From NCBI GenBank assembly GCA_036172245.1, contig JAYWIR010000016.1, positions 2,604,001 through 2,668,000 on the forward strand: 64,000 nt of DNA, in the 5' to 3' direction. Both the position numbers and the translations under genes were made by a program. The notes under the pieces were generated by a model that did not search any database, had not been told where the DNA came from, and was given only the letters and a program-made list of their open reading frames with translations. Shown here one piece after another: positions 58,501-64,000 of this stretch. Each line of letters begins with the position of its first letter. Positions within the stretch are counted from its first letter, which is position 1. The stretch is from Raillietiella orientalis. Taxonomy: Eukaryota.

Positions 58501-61500
58501 AACAGAGCGCGGACGCATGTCGGCGAAACGCGTGAGTGCCCACGCGCGTGCAGACGCGAGGGAGATGCAAGCGAGCTTCGTGCGCACGCGTACAAAAACC
58601 GGTGTGCGCGCGTGCGGAGGCGCGTACAAGAACAGGAGCGTACACGCGGGGGAATCTGTGCGTCGCGTGCGAACGCGGAGAGTGTGCGCAGTGTGGATGG
58701 GGGCGCGCACGCAGGGCGAGACGTGCACGCGCGCGCGTGCGGAGTGTACAGAAAAGGGGAGACACATGCTCTTCCCTTCTCCCCTTCGTCCCCTCTCTGC
58801 GGCGTTTCGCTCTTCCCTCCCGTTGCTGGGAGACGTGCATCATCAGGACAGCGAGCGTCCCGTCAGATGGCAGAGCGCCATCTTCTATCTCTGGCGCGGA
58901 CGGCATTCCCTCGCACGTGTCGCCAAGCGGCTGACGCCGCAATCAACGCGCCGGAAGGCGGCGATGAAAACGCATGGAGGAGTGGGCGCGCGCCCAGCAT
59001 CGGAAGGGGATGAGCGGGGGGGGAGGGAAGGACAGTGGGTTCGCCCCCTTCACCGTTTTCTCGGGTTTTCCCGGAGACAGAAAAGGGGCGCATCCTCAGA
59101 GAGCCCATAATGCGCCTGATGGGAGACGTATCACCCGAATGCCCACCCGGAAGAGAGCTTGCTGTAGGCGAGCATGGATGAGGCGGCTGCTAGCGCCGTT
59201 GGTTTCCGGGTTTTCCCCGCCTCCTCCTCCACAGCCACAGCAAGAGATTCCATGCGAGCAGCCAGGCGATCGCGAGCTCCTTCCACGGCGACGGAGTGCC
59301 CTCGACAAGTCGGAGGCGGCCCGCCTTCGGGAGAGACGCAGGAAGCGCGCCATTTCCTCGTTGCTGCAGCGGCGGTTGCACAGGGTTTGTCGGGTGCTCT
59401 GTGGGCCCTGCCGCCTCTCCAGGGATAAAGCGCCACCCTCGTGCTCTCCCCACCTTGTTCCCTCTCTGTCGCCTTGAAAACGGATTGCCGGTGTCAGGAA
59501 TTTGAGGCGTTTCCCGAATTCCATACCGGCGGTCCTCCGACCCCCTGGAATCCCTCGATCTCCCCTGCAGATCGAAAGATGTTCCGAAGCTCTGGAGGCT
59601 CCGTGTCCCCCGGAGATGGCAAGTCTCGAGAGGCAACGCGCTTATTTGCTCTCCGCAGACTGAGACCCGGGATCGGCAAAGAGGGGACCACAGGACGTCC
59701 GAACGAGAGGGTCCGCCTCCACCCCCGTTTTTCCTGCTACAGTGGCTGAGCCCGTCGGTCCACCCCCTTCCCAAAAGGGGTAAGGAAGGTAAGGAGGAAA
59801 AGGTGGAGACGGAGGAGAAGGAAGAGTCAGAGATGCCCTCTGTCCAGCGTCCGAATCAAGAGGCGGACAGCGTTTTATCACCGCCACCATCACCAGGGAC
59901 AAACGGGCGATTATCTAGGTGGATGGGTGGAGGAGAACAACGCGCCCTTGCGAAAAGCACTGGAAGCTGCGCCGCGGCCAGAGAAGGGGGTGGAGGTCCC
60001 AGGCGAACGGGGAGAAGGCGCGCTCAGACCACCACCATCCCTCCCGAGGGGGGAGTCTCCCGTGGCCCGCTAGCAGACCGTAGCCGCGAAATCTGGAAAC
60101 GGCGAAGGAGGGGGAGAGGGGAGGAGAGGAAACATCGGGATCGATGGAAGAGCAGGAGAAGACGGCAGGAGAGACGAGACATGGGGAGCCCTCGCGGGTA
60201 CGGCGGCGAGCAGCGCGCGCCTTCCCTCTCCCCATCTTTCAGGGAGAGCCGGGCGGCGACAGCTGGCCGTGCGACGTCCAGCCGCCGCAAGACCGTCGGA
60301 GGAAGGCAGGAAGATCAACGGGAAGAGGAAACCGAGCGCACTGCGGGGAAAACAAAGGGCGAAATGACGCACAGGGGAGTCTCTGAGGCCCTCCAGAGCT
60401 CGTCGGAGGAAAGGAGACGAGGATGCATTCCTGGATCTTCCTGCGAGCCTGCTGCCGATGGGTCCGGAGGGAGGAGATATGAACGACCGCAGCGGCTCCA
60501 CAGGGGTACGAGAGGCGTTCTCTCGAGGGAGGGTCCCGAAAAGGAGAGGGGTGAGGAGGGGTAGGGTAGGCACTGCTACGGTGGCCATATGGCTCCACCA
60601 GCAGAAGCACGACGACGACAGGATGATGTCACGTGGACGAACGGAATTGGCTGGAGGACCGTCACGAGAGCAGCAGAGTAGCAGCCCGCGTCGGCGCCGC
60701 TGGTACCCCTTGAGCACCGCATCCTCCCTCTTTTCCTTCTTTTCCCTCGAAGTCCAAAGGCTCCAGGAAAGAGGCATCGGTAGATCCCGCGATGTCCTGA
60801 AACCAGGAAGAGGAACTCACGGCAGCCAGAGACCGCCATTGGGAGGGAGAAAAGGAGGGAGGAGATGTTGGTCCTTGGGCGGAGTCGATGCGAGGGGCTC
60901 GGTTGCGCCTCCCGTAAGCGATGCTAAGACCGAGTCGACCGCACTTCTCCCAGCCTCTTCTCCAGCCCGCTCGTGGCGCCCGCGGAAGAGGGGGCATTCC
61001 CGGAACTCCAGACTCCCCGCACGGGAGCGAGCGGCGTCGTTCGGAGAGGGAAGCGGGATTCCGGAGAAAAGGGGAAGCCACGAGTCGTTGCAAGGCGACG
61101 GCTGGGCGAAAGGCGGAAAACCAGGGGGCACGTACGGGGCCGCAATCCGGCAGCCTGCTCCTCTTCCCGTCTCCCAGGAGACCCCCCGCCGAGCCACGCG
61201 CCTCCTCTGTCAGCTCCTTGCGCCTGCTCACGCTTGCACACGCGCGAGAGGGCGAGGAGTGACGATGGTCGGGGGCAGCACACGTGCGGGACTCCAGTAG
61301 GGTGCGCATCTTCCCGGAAGCTGGGGCTCGCGCTTCGCGTCACCCCCTCCAGAGAAAAAGGGGAGCGCGATCCTCCGTCATGAAAGAAACGAGGGGGAAG
61401 GGAGAGCTCGGAACGGCGGGTGGGGAGTGGGGGTCGCGGGCTTGTCTGTTTCCCGAGAAGGAGCGAGCCGGAACGCAGTCGATAGCGGCCTTCCACACTC

Positions 61501-61639
61501 AAGGGTCAGGGTTTGACCCGATAACGGACAAGAGAGGGAGGAGAGAAGAGGGAGGGAGGAAGCCGGGGCACAAATGGCAACGGACGGAAGGATTCTTGCG
61601 TGCTGAACTGCGAGCCTCCAGGGACGGGAGAAGGAGGCG

Positions 61640-63840
61640 GTGTCAGCGCCTGGGGACTCGGAGCATCTGGACTCTTTCCTGGTCGAAGAGAAGGAGGATT
61701 TCGATCCAATGCTGCTGACCAGTGAAGCGCGATCGAGTAAGCTGGACATTGTCAAGGTTGAGCAAGACGCTCTCATGCGTCATCTCTCCAATGCAGACTT
61801 GCGCGGTGCCCGGATGCAGCATGTCTGACAACGTGAAGTGTGCTCAGGCCACCATAGGTAACAGTCTCTACATCGGCGACAACCTCGTGCTGGGATGCAC
61901 GGATATGGAGAAGGCGTTCGATACCGTGGACCATGGAATCCTGCTGAAGATTTTGAGGAAGCTGGTCTACCCGGAATACTTCGGCGACTACATGCTGAAG
62001 AATCTCGAAGGACAGTACTGCAGGATAACCATCAACGGGCAAGACACGGCAGTCATCCGGATGGAGAGGAGAATCCTCCAAGGAGACGCCCTTAGTCCGA
62101 TGCTGTTCGTGGTTTACATGCAGGCAGTTTCATCACTGGCGCACTGTGGCGGCCGTCTGCAAGGACTAAGACTAGACGACGACAGACTGACTCACCTGGC
62201 GTATGCGGACGATCTCCTCTTCTTCCTGAAGGACGAGAGGGACCAGCATGCGTTCCTCGGTGTCATCAAGTCCATGGAGAGAGGCCTAGGCTTGTAGATC
62301 AACGCCCAGAAATCCCAGCTATTGCCCATCGGAATCCTCCACCGGTCCGCCGTAACGGAGACTGGATTCCGAGTGGTGGACGGCATCAAGTACTGGGGAG
62401 TCCACATCGGCGACGCCTCGGCTCCGCAGCACATGTGGAAAGAAATCCTGGGGAAAACGAGAGAAGAGGCTGCAAAATACGTGCGACTGGACTTTTGCCT
62501 GAAAGCAGAGGGCAAACCTGTGGAACGGAGTCCTCCTTCCCAAGGAGCTCTTCAGAGCGGCCTCCTGCCGACTGGACGAGCGGACGAGCAACCAGGTGGA
62601 ACAACTGCAGAGAAAAATGCTTTGGAAAGAGTTCAAGCCGCGGGTCAGACTAAAACTTTGTGCCGACCGCGAGACAAGGGCGGGACCGGGATGAAATTGC
62701 ACGAGCAATCCATGGATCTGCAGGACGTGCGACAAATCCTGGATCTTGCCGCCAAATGGGACGAGTGGCCCTATGCAGCGCACAGAGCCTACTCGCAGTT
62801 GATCGACTATTCGAGAGGTCTGATTTCCGCCCTAATAGGCAAACAAGGACAGTGGGGAAGCATCGATCCCGCTTGGAAGCTCAAGCAAGCACTGCGGAAC
62901 ACCTACGATCTCAAAATGGCGCCTGCACGAACTGGCGAAGATCATCCCATGCTCCCTGCGCGTCCCTTGGGACACCAGAAGGTAGATGTTCGACAGGCCA
63001 AACAGGACCATCAAGGACTGCGAGCAGTTTGAAACCAGTGACGATCGCCAGAAAATGCGACTGATCCACCCCACCAAGAAAACGATAGAAAGATTTACCC
63101 ACAAAGATGGAGAGCTCTGCAGAAATCAGGAATCCGAATGCTGGCGCCTGATCACCAGACGAAACATCCGAGAAGCAGCGAAGAAGAATCCCGACAAGGA
63201 CGACGCTCTGTCTGTGGCCGTCAGCCGCTACGGGCGCCGACAGGTGAACCTGCTGGAGGTTGGAACCACGGTCTGGACGAGCGATCTACCACCCGACACT
63301 CAAGATGACCACCTGCTGTTTTATCACGGAGGCATCCTGAGCGGCACGGGGGCGAGACACTGGTCAGGGGACGCGCAAGAAGAGATATGCAAGGCCTGTG
63401 GAGCCAAGGAAACCCAACCCCACGTGCTCACCTGCCAGGACGCTGCGCCGGGACTGGGCCAAGGCCTGCAGAGGACGGACAAGATGGAGATCCTGGCAGG
63501 GATGTTTGAAGGGAACGGCAACGTTCCTCGATACAACCCAATGGTCCGCATTACGATCTCCCTGTTTATCACGAGCAGCGTGGTAAGAAGGGCAAAAAGG
63601 AGGACCGGAATCCACAGTGTGCCGGCTGTTGAAATACTGAAAGGTGTAGTTAAAAGGGAAATCGGCATCGGAAGTTGTGGACGCATTCCCGCTTGGACGT
63701 ACTGTTACATCCTGCAAAGGACTCAGGAGCCTTGTCATGTGAGTGAATTCCCCACGCAAACTCATCGACTGGATGCCCGAAGACCAACTTTGAAAGTGAA
63801 AACCAGTGACATTGACCAACACTTGCATGAACGAAAGTAA
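61640..63840 (+). mobile_element. 5'-truncated, decayed L1/Tx1-clade LINE ORF2 (RT and C-terminal zinc finger)
   Basis: ISPMQTCAVPG..SDN, DMEKAFDTVDH, ILQGDALSPMLF, LAYADDLL, GL*INAQKS (stop 62295-62297), IKYWGV, LCRPRDKGGTG, HGGILSG..HW..CKACGAKETQPHVLTC; frameshifts near 62510, 62655 and 62985. Confidence 0.92.
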
Positions 63841-64000
63841 AGCACACAAGCATGTCGGACTGGGGAAAACCGGAAAGAGCCGATCTGGTTTTGACGAGTG
63901 AGCGCCTAGGATAGAAGGAAGAGGAGAGGCTGTAGGGAGGAAATCCCCCTTGACCTCCCGGCAGGGGTCCAGCCTGCTTCCTCTGCACTCTGTTGCTAAG

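Noticed and set aside
42100..61600. A second homeobox or other recognisable gene in the region upstream of Prrx
   Set aside because: No WFxNRR or other known motif found; a few exon-like minus-strand pieces (about 42.7, 44.0, 45.5, 54.4 and 59.2 kb) could not be joined with confidence
1..64000. Prokaryotic systems (CRISPR, retron, DGR, defence operon)
   Set aside because: The window has spliceosomal introns, metazoan genes and LINE-type RTs; no regularly spaced repeats or operon structure were seen

Overview
Eukaryotic (invertebrate, probably arthropod) genomic DNA, not prokaryotic: no CRISPR arrays, operons, rRNA or tRNA were seen. 1-8.7 kb is a cluster of decayed mobile and viral sequence: a degenerate endogenous circovirus-like (CRESS-DNA) Rep gene, probable PIF/Harbinger and THAP remnants, a LINE 3' fragment and a 5'-truncated Utopia/NeSL-type RLE retrotransposon. 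8.97-11.64 kb holds a complete 12-exon RPA1 gene (minus strand, 603 aa) in an AT-rich, CpG-poor block with 42-49 nt introns. About 12.7-26.7 kb carries phase-consistent minus-strand exons of a gene (or genes) I cannot assign to a family. 36.3-40.6 kb is a Prrx-family paired-like homeobox gene (minus strand). Its helix-3 intron contains a sense 29-nt copy of the U2 snRNA 5' region, and its first intron best fits a GC donor. 42-61.6 kb is GC-rich and mostly unassignable, with a homeodomain-site cluster near 55 kb. 61.6-63.8 kb is a decayed L1/Tx1-clade LINE. All calls come from manual translation and recalled motifs; no database searches were run.
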